Below are positions 12,180 through 24,700 of a DNA stretch of 64,000 bases, piece after piece. The position numbers were made by a program, and so were the translations under genes. The stretch's first letter is position 1; each line of letters begins with the position of its first letter. The DNA is from Ptychomitrium polyphyllum (lineage: Eukaryota): assembly GCA_973851085.1 (NCBI GenBank), contig OZ316775.1, forward strand, positions 8,556,001-8,620,000, in the 5' to 3' direction. Below the pieces are notes generated by a model. It ran no database searches. It was not told the DNA's origin and saw nothing but the letters and a program-made list of their open reading frames with translations.

Positions 12180-14216
12180 GAGCTCGTGTGAGGTGAGGAA
12201 TGGTCGAGTTGCGTTTTGCTTCCGTTCCTGCGCATCGCTGTTGGTGTTTCGCCGAACCGGATGATTTCCGTACCGATGCGTGCTCGCTTGCGCGTCCACG
12301 GAGCTTGGGTGTCCCGTGTTGTCGTTTGCGGCACCGTGGCTCTCCTCCGGTTGCTGTGGTGCGGTCCCCTTGCGGAATTGGTAGGGTTTGTTTGCGCGTG
12401 GTATCGTTAGGGGAGGGTCGGATTTCGTTGCCGTTCTGATTCCATAGTTGACGGGTTTTACGTGATGTTCTGAAGTTGGCGTTCTAGGTTCGAGATTCCT
12501 GCGAAGGCGCGAAGTGATGGATGGCTCTGCGGTCGACTCTCGGAGACGGCGCGACGCGGCTGTACCCAGAAGGTTTCTCTCTCCTCAAAAATTCGTCCCT
12601 CAGCATGGTTGTTATCTAAGCGGTTTTTGCTCTCTGAGCTTCCTTCTATTCGCAGGGGCAATATGAGCTGGAAATCCTCTGAGGCCGGGTACCGTGGACG
12701 TTGATGCGCAGGGAGAGATCCCGTCCGGGCTGTGAGGGGCGCGGATGACAGACGGCTGAAGGACGTGGCCGGCGGGCTGTTAGTCGGGCAGGGTGCTGTA
12801 CCGTGGTCGACGAGAAACTTCTACATCCTGCACTTGACCGGAATGTGGTGCGTCGCAGTGGAAGGGAGACATTCTCAGTCGTGATGCAGGGAAGAGTTAC
12901 ACTGTGCGGGATCCGAGATGCTGGAGGTTCGTCCTATGCGGGTTCGACGAGCGAGTTGCAACAATCCAGGTCCGTCGTTGAGGTTGGCGCATTCCGAAAT
13001 GTCGCAGCCGATGCCGATGTGATGTTCAGTTCGGAGGGGGCTTGCTGAGATCGACATACGTTCGGCGTATGTTGTACCTCCATGCACTGGGAATTCTCTC
13101 ACGGCTTCCGCGAGGTATTGTGCTCTCGTCACGGTGCTCTGGGGGTTGCGCACAGCTGGACTGTGGAGCTCTGCTATAGAGGTGGAAAGTGAGGGGCTTT
13201 GGCTCGAAGTTCAGTACCCTCGCGAGTGGTGCAGCTGGGCCCGCCAAGATACTGGAATCACACAGGGGAGGGACTTGTGCCGTCGACGCCTGCTGTGGCA
13301 GCGAGCAAGGCCCTGGGGTTGTGCAGCGGCCGCGTCCAGCTGCTATTTCTTTCCAGCCCTGGACCTGCACGATTCCAATTCGCGAGGGTTTTGGACAATG
13401 GCGCTGAGGTGAAGCCCGTGGCCTGGCAGGAGGACCCCGTGGAGGGTGGATTGGCTGGCGCGGCGGAGCGGCCGATGGCTGCGTTTCTGAGGAAGCGGGG
13501 ATGATCGATGCAGCGGTGGTGGGAGTTGTTTGTTTCGGCCGGTGTTTCCGTTCCGGTATCCGCTTATAGGTCGGGATCGGTACCGCGCTTGTCTTCTCGC
13601 TAGTTGGGACCGCCTGGTTCGAGCTGCTCTGGTGTTGCTGGCAGCGATATCTCGTCTCGTCTGGAAGCTGGGTGGAGTGCGTATCCCGGACAGGAACGAT
13701 GTTTATGCTTGCCTACGAGTCTTGGCTGTCGCTCGAGCAAGTCAAGGTTCACCTGCTGTAGCGTGGAGGCGAGCACGCCCAGCTGGAAGGCTGTGGGTTC
13801 CGGAGGACCACTCCTCAGACTTGGCCCGAAGATGCGTCTCCAGTCATACTCTTAGCAGCTAAGGTTGGAACGCCTCGGTCACCGGCAAGTGGAGGTTGCT
13901 CTATCGTGCGTGGAGAAGTCTTGGTCGATCTGCAGCACGCGGATTGGCCGTCACTTGCGAGTGCGCAGGCACGCCCGCTTTCGGGGTGGGATAGCATCTG
14001 TTTCTAGGCCGAGTGGGAGTCGGTGAAAGGTCGCAATGGAGAGAGACGCGAGTCAGCTTGGCGTTGACGCGCGCAGCGGCACGAGCCCCCCTTTCTTTCA
14101 GCACCAATTCTTTCCAAGTAAGTCTCCGGTCGTGAGGCCGTCCTGATGCCTCCATGTATGTGAGAGTATAGTACGGCGTTGCATGCGAAGAGAAACGACG
14201 CCGTCGTTTTCGTACC

Positions 14217-17200
14217 ATGGGGTCGAAAGTGGAGGCACCCTGTTGTACGACGTTAGTGCTTGTGGACGTGGTCATGGTTCGTGAGTTCCATGAGCGCTTG
14301 TGCTTGCTTGTTGGTTCGTTCTCGGTGGAACCACGACCACATTGGTACTTGACTCGTTGCAGTTTGAGAATCTCACCGAGAGGTGTTGCGTTTCACAGCC
14401 GGCGGAATACAGCCATCGCGCCCAAATAATGCGGAGGGCAGGAATGGACGCGTATCCTCGGAAGATGGTGATGGGATCGGAGGAGGGGGTATTTTCCCCC
14501 CTCACTGGGACATGAAGAACTGGAACTGGGATCCTGCAAAGTTCGTCGCTCGACGCGCCGGGGAGAGGGGGGAAGGGTGTTCGGAGGATCCAGGGCAGTC
14601 GGACAGCAATGGAAACGGAGGCAGTCACAGAGTGTCGGGTGGTGGAAAATCAGCAGACAGGCCTTCGACGAGAGAGCAAGGTGGCAGGGGCAGCGAGGAG
14701 GATGAGAGGGGGAATACGGGAAGGCCTGGGTTCGGAAGGGAGACTCCCTCCCCTCCCTTCAACGACGGGCGCAGCTTGCCTGGAGACGATGACTCACAGG
14801 ATGCAGTGGGATCGCTCTTGAAGCTCGGAGGAGATGCATATGCGCACGCGGAAGAGAACGCAGGTGGTTCTCGAAATGGCAAGCGGAACCGGTCGTCATC
14901 ACCCCAGTACCAGGCGCCGTCATGCCAGGTGGATGGCTGCAAGGCAGATCTCAGCAGGGCGAAGGACTATTACAGGCGCCACAAAGTTTGCGAGATGCAC
15001 TCGAAATCCACGAAGGCACCCGTTTCTCGCCTAATGCAACGTTTCTGTCAGCAATGCAGCAGGTGCGTCACTCGCTCAAAGCCTGTGAGGATGAGAGTTG
15101 GGCAGTCTGGAGAATTGGTCAGGGTTTGCCCGGACTATTTAGGTAGACGTGGAACTGAGTTGTGGCCTTGCGACACCATCGTCCGGTTTCCACATCTGGA
15201 GGCACCCAGCGGACAGGGTGGAGAATCATGGACCATGTCTGTGTCGGCTCGGACGTCCAGTCTTCAGTTCCGGGCTCCTGTTTGTACTTTGAGTGGCAGA
15301 TGCGCAGTGGATGCACGTGAACTGATGCAGGTAGCCGCCTATGCGAGTGTCAGCGCGGTAATGGCTGTGGCCTTCCATTGAGGGTGAGGTGACGTCCGTT
15401 TGTGCAGATTTCATCCACTGCAAGAATTCGACGAAGGCAAGCGGAGCTGTCGGAGACGCCTGGCCGGGCACAACAGGCGCAGGAGGAAGGCTCAGCCAGA
15501 TGCAGATGCCGCTCGGGCGTACATCCTGGCCGAAGAAGAGCGGCTGAAAGGCGGGTCAGGGTTGATCGGAAGTCTGCTGAATATCCTGTCTCAGCTAACA
15601 GGTAAGCGATCGTGATTCACGATGTTTGATTTTGTCTCGTGCAGTTCTTCCTCCCGGGGTCGAGGTCATCCTGGAACCTTTTCGCTGGCGAGTAAGCTCG
15701 GACAGTGGAGGGGCCAAATCACGCGGAAGTTACATGCCCCCGGCCAAGTTCGGTCGTGACGCCGCACATGATTGGTAATTGCACCGACTGGGTGTTTCGG
15801 TTGCGGTGGCGTCTAGATTTACGGTATGGTTTTTTCCCGTCGTGATGCAGGGACGGCGTCCCTGGAGCGGGTCAATGCTCCAGCGTTCGATAGGGAGGCG
15901 CTTCTGAGGAAGGCCATCAGTGCGTCGCTGGAGGACATAAATCGAACCACACCCTTGTGGGCTCAGCTGCTGACGAATCCCCACCACCTGACATCTGCGT
16001 TCGGTCAGCAGGCGCAACAGTTGGCAGCCAGCAACGGTCATGGAGCTACCAGTGTGGCCGTGGAGGCCCAACGCCTTCTTTCGAGATTGACGGGTCCATC
16101 ACCAGAGCATCTCATCGCACTGCTGCAAAGCAGTCTGAACGCGCAAATAGCAGCAGCGTCGATAACAATCCAGAACACCCTTGGATCTCAGATGCAAGGA
16201 GCAATGGGGTCCGGGCATTTTCCCGTAGGCTCCAGTTCCGGGTGGGAGGCACAGGCCGGCCTTCCCTGCGCAACACAGACGTGTGCTGTGCCGACACCGA
16301 CGAGTGCGGGAGTTTCGCAGTGTGTTCCGTCCTCTCCGACGCCAGGGAGGGTCACTCCCGTGAAGGAGGTGGTGAGACCAACTCCGGTGGTGCCTGTGGC
16401 GTCGCCGCAGCGGAACTCTGAGCAGTCGATCCATCACGGTGAGGGGCTCCCCTCCGCTGAGCGTTGGTTGAGTGTTGATTGAGTGTTGATTGAGTGTTGA
16501 TTGAGTGTTGATGCTAATATGACGTGCGACCCGTGAGGAGGTGTCTTTGCGATGAATGTGAAAGTTGCGGCCTTGTGGGTAAGAGGTCGTTAGCCGTCCA
16601 AGTAGCGAATTGGAGAGGAGGCCGGACCCGAGGTGTTGCCATGCTGGGCCTGGATCGAAAGTGCATGTTCCTGAAGCCACGCTTTGCCCTGTGTGTGGAT
16701 GTCGATCTGATTTGGAGGGTTGTCCAGGTGCACCTGCTGTTCAGAGTCTGTTCGTCCCGTATCAAGCTCCACCGACGAAGAAGAACGGTCGCGGGGCTGC
16801 AACGTCCAGTTTCCTTCCAACCGACGGAGGGATGCCTCCGGCGATACCATTCATGGGGCATCGCGAAGCTCCGGCAAATACGGATGGCCCATCATATAGC
16901 GCTCGTGGGGAGAGAGATCCGAAAGAGCCTGTTCAACAATCGAGTGGCAACTCAGAGTCCGGGTCCGATGAGCAACGGCCGTCCAGGTCGAACGCGAGTG
17001 CTGAGGTGACTCTCTGTGCACTTACTCTGGCTGTCAAGAATCATGGTTTGAGCTCAAGCGTGTGATATGTGGGTCAGTCGGTTACGGTGGTGCATCGGAG
17101 AGGTAGAGGCGTACGATCATCATGGTTTGTTCGGTACGCAAGGCAAGAGTTGGGAGGAGTCCAGTGCCGAGGTTCTGACGTATTGGTCTTGTTCCATCAG

Positions 17201-20200
17201 CGGAGGAACCGGACTCGGCGCATCGCGATGAAGCTCTTCGAAAGGAGTCCCGAGGAACTACCCAGCGATCTGCGGTCTAAGGTACGAGCGGGCTGTGTTG
17301 TATCGAATGGACGGCGTCTACGCTGCCGTATCTGTCGTATAGAACCCCGCTTCTCCTTGGATGGGCCCGTAGTCATCTTGGGGTGCCGGGCACGGTTGGT
17401 CGTATGCAACAGAGGAGAGGAAACCAAGAGGGCGGGCAGATGAGTCGTGCATCTGCAGGATATAGTGGTTGGGCGTGGTTGTAACAAGGTCAGGGTGAGG
17501 CGCTGACGTACCCGTTGTTGCACAGATCGATTCATGGCTAGCGAATCTCCCTTCGAATATGGAGAGCTACATCCGGCCTGGATGTGTGGTACTGACGATA
17601 TTCGTATCCATGGCAACCGGCGGATGGGCAGAGGTGCATTTTCTGGCCGAAGGCAGTATATCTAGGAGTGATGGTTTTGAAAGTGATGCGATTATGCGAC
17701 TTTGATGTTTCATGGTGCGCTTGTACGCGCTGGATCCATTCGATTCCTAAGTTGGTCATGCTGTCCGCAGTTGGATAGGGATCTGCAAGGCAGCGTGCAG
17801 AGGCTGCTGGATCTGTGCAAGGGAGAGTTTTGGCACAGGGGTCGGATACTGGTTCAAGTGGAGCGGCAGATGGTCTTGGTGGTGGATGGTGAGTGCTCGT
17901 GCCGCCTTCTCTCGTGGCTCCGTTGCTGGCTATGTTTGTGTTGTTGGTGGCACGGAGTGTCTTGATGGCAGAAGCGTGATTTCCTGCAGGTAAAATCCGG
18001 GAAAGCAGATGGGCAGATTCGTGGGGTTATCCGTACATTCAGTCCGTGAGGCCACTTGCTGTAGAAGCTGGCGAAGCAGCGAGAATTGCCGTGAAGGGGT
18101 TGAACCTCACAGCTCCCGACACCAGGTATGACAGTTGTCAGTCTTGCGAAGATAGGTGCCCACGCAGCCTCACGGGGAGCTTGGGTAGGGTGGAGGCTCC
18201 GAGAGCTGGCGGAGTACCTAGTCGGGGGTGTAGTATGTGAACGAGTGCAGAGTTGTTCCCTGGGATGTCTTGTTTGGTTGGCCATGAAGCAGGAGGTGTT
18301 GGAGACATGGTGTTACTGTGCAGGCTTTCACGCCTTGGCGGCCGACTTTTCCGGGCTCTGTATTGAGAATCGGTTGGGTGGTCGTCACGCTAGGTTCTTG
18401 GTCAGCTTTGAGAAGTCGGGCGAGGCTGGATGGCTGTCCCATGCACGTGACGTGCATGGTCGTCGAGTATTCGACCAAGTCGCTGCTGTGACGATAGTTT
18501 GGCGGGGGATTGGTGTGTCGTCTGTGCAGGGTAATCTGTGGTCACCGAGGGAAGTACTCAGTCCAAGAAGGTGTCGGGGCCGAGCACGATGACGCAGCAG
18601 ACGGTTTCTGTGACGCTGGAGAAGTTGGAGCAGACGGGAGTATGGATTCGTCTGTTGATTGCAGCACCCTGTCGGGAACGGAAGAAACCTCAGTGGACCT
18701 GGATGCAGAGTTTACGTCATGCGGGGATCATCCTCATGCTGTGGGTCGCTGCTTTGTGGAGGTTCCCACCCTGTCCCTAACTTGGTGGTCCGACGTTATC
18801 TTCCCCTCCGCTCTCGCACCCCGTGATGGAACTCCCAGGGTGTTCTGGCTTTATCATGCTGTTATCTCAAGAAAGCACTCTGCGAGTGGTTTTCTTTTGT
18901 CTGCACCTGCACTAGCGTCTTTGCCGGCTCCTTTCTGGATGCGGGAGGATGACAGTGCAGGTTGTTGCAGGAGTCCTGTATAGAGTGGCGTTGTTAATGT
19001 GGTGTTTTCCGGCTCCCTGACTTTGCCGCAGTGTCTCGAGGCATCAGAGCTGTGTCCGCGTCTGACATTGGAGGTTCCCTGTCCAGGTGGAACATGGCAC
19101 GACATTAGCCAATGCGAGGCCTCTGATTATTGCGGATAGATGGGTGCGTTCCGAGCTCCGCACGCTGGAGGATGAGGTTGAAGTGGCAGGGTCGTGTACG
19201 ACCCGAGCCGCTGTGTCGGAGGGCCTCGGGCCTGTGGAGGTCGTCGGTTGCAGTCAGGTGGCACGCCTAGTCGTCGAGGAGGACATAGCGTCTTTCCTGC
19301 ACGAGTTGGGGTGGTACTTTCAGTCTGGAATCCGTGGGCAACCAGATGACTCTCGTGCACTTGATTGGGTAAGGATGCTAGTTCCCTGGCATGGAACTGG
19401 GGAGCGACGATCGCCAAGGTCAGATGGTTTCATGTAGTGGTGCAGGTGCACTTGTCTCGCGGGTCTGGTTTGGTTCTTCGTCCTTGGAATTGACAGGAGT
19501 GATGACGTGGTACGGGATGTTAGACGCAGGGGTCCGGTGGATGCCGGTGTGATGTGATTGATGGCTAGAAGTTCAGGAGGGCAGAGTGCGACCTGCATCG
19601 TTTGTTGAGTTTTGCTTGTGGACTAACATGAACGTCTCGGCCGAACATGTGAGGAAATGAGCGAGAGGGGTATCACATACCTTCTTCCTGTTACCGCATG
19701 GTGAGCCCAAGTGGTATTCGTGCGGTGGGCTCTGCAAGTGGACATGGGTTTGAGGCTGTATGTGCTAGCTCGTTTTCCCCCAAGCCGAAGCTCTGAGGTG
19801 CACGCTGTGTGACGTGCTGATTGTTTGTTTGCGCAGGTTTCTGCGACCCGGTTGAAGTACCTTTTGATATTCTGTGTGGAACGCAGTTGGTGTGCTGTGG
19901 TCGGCAAGCTGTTGGACATTGCTCTGACGAGTGATGACATTGGCAGTGGCATAGCCGGGCTACGGCAGGTGGTACGGGACGATCACAGCTTATTACACCG
20001 GGCAGTTCGCAGGAAGAGCAGGGGTATGGTGGAGCTCCTACTTGCGTATGTTCCGTCTCGGATGAGAAGCGAGACGATGACGAGCGCGGCGGACGCAGAA
20101 GATGTGGGCAAGCTGCTGCAGTTCAGGGTACAGTGGGGTGCGTTGTTTCGGCCCGACATGAGTGGGCCGGGTGGTTTGACGCCGTTACACATCGCAGCCA

Positions 20201-21017
20201 GCATGCAGGATGGCGAAGAGATGGTGGATGCACTGACGAGCGATCCGTTTCAGGTGCGTTTGAACCGTCCCTTCCCCAATATCGCGTCCCGTGAGCGTCG
20301 AGGGTGTTGAAATTGGAAGAGTCCGGCGAGGAGGCGTCCCGTGAATGAATGAATGAACGAACGGAAGGCTGTGGGAGGCACTCAGGTTTGCATAGAAGGG
20401 GTGCAGAACCGCGTACGGTCTGGATGGGAGGTCGATGTAGTGGTGTATTCGAGTCCGCGTGGATGCCTGGGAGTTTTGGGTAGTCGCGCAGCTCTAACCG
20501 CAAAGTGGGGATCGGCATTCAGGTTGGATTGGATGCTTGGGCGAAGAAACGGGATGAAAGCGGGCAGACGCCCCTGCAGTGCGCAGTGGCAGGCGGCAAT
20601 CTGAGGGCCATCCAGGTGGTGAGGGAGAAGCTGGGTGCAGTCGAAGGGAGCGAGCACCAAGTACGTATCAACATACCAGCCGACTCTGTCGTTGGAACTT
20701 GGGGTGATGGATCAGCCGGTGGTGGAGAAGGGGGAGGTAGAGGTCCGCGCTGTGTACAGCTGGCAGAGTGGGTGGAGAGCGGTCCCGGTCCAGTGAAGAA
20801 TCCGTCCGTGGACAAGGGTCCCGCAACGTGTAGAATTCATGCTCGGCGTGCCCATTTCGGCGGCGTGAGTGGACGGGGTTTCCGACCGTTCGTGCTGTCG
20901 CTGGTGGCCATAGCAACAATCTGCGTGTGCGTGTGCGTGGTGATCAGAAGTCCTCCGAGCGTTCGATTTCTGATGCGACCATTCCGATGGGAGGGCTTGG
21001 AGAGTGGGCAGATGTAG
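14217..21017 (+). CDS. SPL: SQUAMOSA promoter-binding-like (SBP-box) transcription factor, SPL1/12/14/16 type with ankyrin region and C-terminal TM; ~13 exons; start codon uncertain
   Basis: SBP domain split by intron 15063-15407: [28 protein letters not shown]...[35 protein letters not shown]. Clade motifs [74 protein letters not shown] and the TM segment [28 protein letters not shown] 14217 is inferred from a phase-compatible intron 14281-14398. Confidence 0.95.
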
Positions 21018-21785
21018 CGTCGTGAGTAGGTGGCGGCGCTATAGTTTCTGTGCGAGCGCTCGTGGTGTGACCGCCGTCCGTGGTTTAGGAAAAGCCCGAC
21101 GGGAGGTCTGCCACGTCCGAGATCATCCGTTGGGTCCCAATGCTTCGATAAAGCTGGGACGGGATGACATGTTTACGTTACCTCTTGGCAGCTGTGGAAC
21201 GGTTCGCATCAGATGGCAACAGCCTCGGAGCTGTATGCGGTTGTGGACGAGCTGAGGCATGGGTGCCTTGGAAGGATGCCAGTGCGTGTTACATCAGTCG
21301 GATGCAATCCGCCCTGCGTCCACATGCATGAGGGAGTGTCTTGGTGAGCTATGTCTCTTATGCTCGAGGGACTCGGGGAGAGTGAATGTGATGCCCGCCT
21401 TTGGGAGGCGAGTGATGGAAAAGAGACCATCCGGCATCACGGGTGACGAGAGATGCATCCGTGGTTGGCGGTGTAGTGTCACTGCCGTGTGTTGCTTCTG
21501 TACGATCACGGAATTTGGGGTCCGGCGTGTTAGGTGCCAGAGGACCGTAGGAAGAATGACAGAGGTTTTGTGGATTATTATGGAGAAGCGCAGGGGTGAG
21601 GGCTGCTGTGCAATTAGGGTGTAGAATTTCTAGTGTCATTTTGGGACCGTCCATGTAGTGGGGCAGGATTACGTACTTGGTTGAGAGAAATTGGTCAGCT
21701 GTGGCTCCATGGTCGGGATGTATGATTGTGTACCTGTCTATAAACTCAATTGAAGCTGTCGGCACAGTACATTCTCGGTTATGCC
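14410..21785 (+). repeat. Left arm of a large inverted duplication (visible part; probably extends further left)
   Basis: Reverse complement of 56626-64000; identity ends abruptly after ...TTCTCGGTTATGCC at 21785. Confidence 0.97.
16468..16511 (+). repeat. 11-bp tandem repeat (TTGAGTGTTGA)x4 in an SBP intron; mirrored at 61899-61942
   Basis: Read directly from the sequence. Confidence 0.9.
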
Positions 21786-24700
21786 GTTACGCTTTAATGA
21801 TTGGTTGATGAACATGAATTTTTTTGATTGGTTGAGCAACACTCTGGTCACTGCATTCCGATGAAGCCTTATAATTTCATCTTATGTTGTCGTTAGGATA
21901 CCTTTGGGACACCTCATTAAAAGCTGTGTTAACCATGTGAGGTAAGGGGGAAATTTTCCGAAGTATGTTGTAATTGAAGTATTCTCTATTTTCATTGAAC
22001 ATTCTTTTCATGTTTTAGATATGTTTCTCTTGAATTTTAGTTTGTGATTCTATATGCTTCTATTTAAGTTCTGTACTAAATTAATGAATAATGAATATAT
22101 TGTCTTTTTATCTCACGTATTTCTGAATTTTGGTAAGTGGCCTCCAAGGGCCTTCATGATTGTCACATGCAGTTGGATTAAGTTATCAAAAGGCAAGGAT
22201 GTGTGAGTGGTGAGGTTTAGGTTTGTAAAAGGATATAGTTATGATTTGGTCAACTCCAATTCAAACAGTCATGGCAACAATCTCTTACATGGTGACTTGC
22301 ATGTGAAGAAGTTGGAATAGACTTTTTTTCCATATATTCAAGAACACTTACTAAATTGGAAATGAATATTTGGTATGGGCTTGCAAAAGCTGTTCGTCTA
22401 GGATGGGAATTAAACGACCATCTAAATTTGTGATATTAATGACTATTAAACAAAATATCACAGGTTTCTTAGAAATTAATCAAATTTAAGTTTTAATTAG
22501 AACACTGTTTTATTTATACTTTACAATAGTAATAGTTGTGGAACTTATGTGTCAATAAGTAGTCCCTTCTAAAAATGCAAGGACCAGTAATTTATTATGG
22601 AAACCTTAATCTAATAAGAATCTAAGGCAGTATGTTTAATGCTAGTATTAACCAATTTGCTACAAAACATATAGGCTAATTCATTGTTACTAATGTCCGT
22701 ATCTAACATGATAGATTTGAGAAACAAGAAAATTGTTGTATATTTAAAATGTTGCACTTTTGATTGTATGACATTTAAGGCATTTGGTGTCGTATTATTG
22801 ACGTTTTCAAAATTTGACCAAAATAAGTATGGAAACACATTGCAATGGTTATAAAATATTAGAAATGTACTTTATATCTACTAAGATTTGCAGTACTAAG
22901 CTTATTTATGGCAATTAATCCTAACCTCTATTCAAACTCTAGTTGCAATTTTTTACCCCTAAACTTTGGAAGTTCTCATAAGGTTTTCAATTATAAATGA
23001 ATGAAGTAATATATTTTTTTCAAATATTCATCATTTTAGATGAAATTTGTTTATATTAAGCATTAATTACCTCTATTATACAACATATGGAAGGTCTTGA
23101 TTGTTGTATTATAATGTGTTGTAGTTGTATTGTAAAAGGAGTTTTGAACTAGGTAAATTAGTTGTGCAAAAATGAGTTGTATAGTTGAAGTTGTTGTTTA
23201 TTTGAATGTTGTAATAATAAGATTAGACTGTATAAATGAATATTGGAATTAAAAAAAAAAAAAACATTCCATTGGTGTCTACACTCAACACTTCTTAAGA
23301 TGCTTAGATTATTATAGGGGTTGAATTTATAATTTGAACAAAAAGTTTGATATAAATATTCCAATTTTGTAGATTAGTGATGTAAATTATTTTTATAAAC
23401 ACTAGATAGTGTGCACTTTCTTAATAGAAGGAATTTACAAATGAAAGTATTGGAATTGAATGATTATGGAGGCACAAGGAAGAGCCAGGGTTCCCTTTAG
23501 CATTTCCAACTCCTCTTGTCCTTTATATTCATCTATTAAGCTTATAAATGATTTGTTGAAGAATGGATGGGCATTTCCTCAAAATTGTATATCAAACATG
23601 TGTGATGGCAAGTGGATTCTACAAGAGCTCCTTGTCGCCATTATAGAGACCTCAGCTTGATTCTCAACATTAGACCATACTGCATGAACATGTGTATTGT
23701 ATTGGTTTAAAATTTCATTTTATTACTTATTTATTTATATTTATTATTAAGTGTAAGGAAGTTTAAAAAAAATTATTTATGTTACATCTGGAAGCATAAA
23801 ATTATACAATTGTAGGAGTTAGTACCCTTTATTAATATTGCCACAATAAAGCTACCAATAATAATTAATAATGGCTTTTCCCCACTGTCTTTCTTTAGGT
23901 TTGTGCTTTCATTGTGCTCTTGTTATGTTCTTGAATTAATAACAAAGAATTTATTGATGGCTGCCGAAATACCACAAACAAGAACAAAATATTGCAGGTA
24001 TTTCTTACAACTTTGATTTTAATCAAGGCTTTCCAATCAACCACATTTAAGTTTTGAGACCTTGGAGATTAAGTTTGATAAGTCCAGCTATATGGGTCTT
24101 GTGTGCTGTATAAACTTCAACACTTACATAGTAATGAAGAAGCAATACAATTTTACAGCTTAGTATACATGTTGCTTGGTTTGATTGGTGAACTTAGAAA
24201 CAGAGTTATGAAAATAAGAAGTTTCATTGCCTTAACTATAACAAAATCAATACATTCCATTGTACTTCAGTAAGCACTCACCTTAGACAGCACTCATAGA
24301 ACCTTTACAATCTAAGCAAAGATTATTCTTCCTGCATTAAAGAAGCTTCAAATACAATCAACGTCAATAAACACAACACTAACACTTTTGTGCAAACATG
24401 ATTCAAGTTGCAAACCCTTCCAGACTGGCACACATTCCACCATAACGAAAAAGAATGGAGACCTGCTACCGCAAGTTACCAAGATCACTAAATCACCGGA
24501 GCAGCCTATAGCTGAGGGTAAATCCCTAAGTAATCAAAGAATTTGTCGAGATCATTCGGACCTGTGAAAGGTCCTACCTTCATGGGCTGTAGAATCTAAT
24601 GGGGCCCACAGAATGGTGTGAGTATCCTTAGCCTGATCAAGGTACGACAAAGTATAAAATGTGCTAATCTGTGTCCTGTCGAAAAAGATTACTTAACACA

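Noticed and set aside
11656..14275. Many overlapping ORFs in the GC-rich region upstream of the SBP gene
   Set aside because: Expected from high GC and few stop codons; Arg/Pro/Ala-rich with no domain signature.
14217..21785. miR156/529 target site in the SBP gene
   Set aside because: No GTGCTCTCTCTCTTCTGTCA-like site noticed by eye, consistent with the SPL1/12/14 clade not being miR156 targets; not an exhaustive scan.
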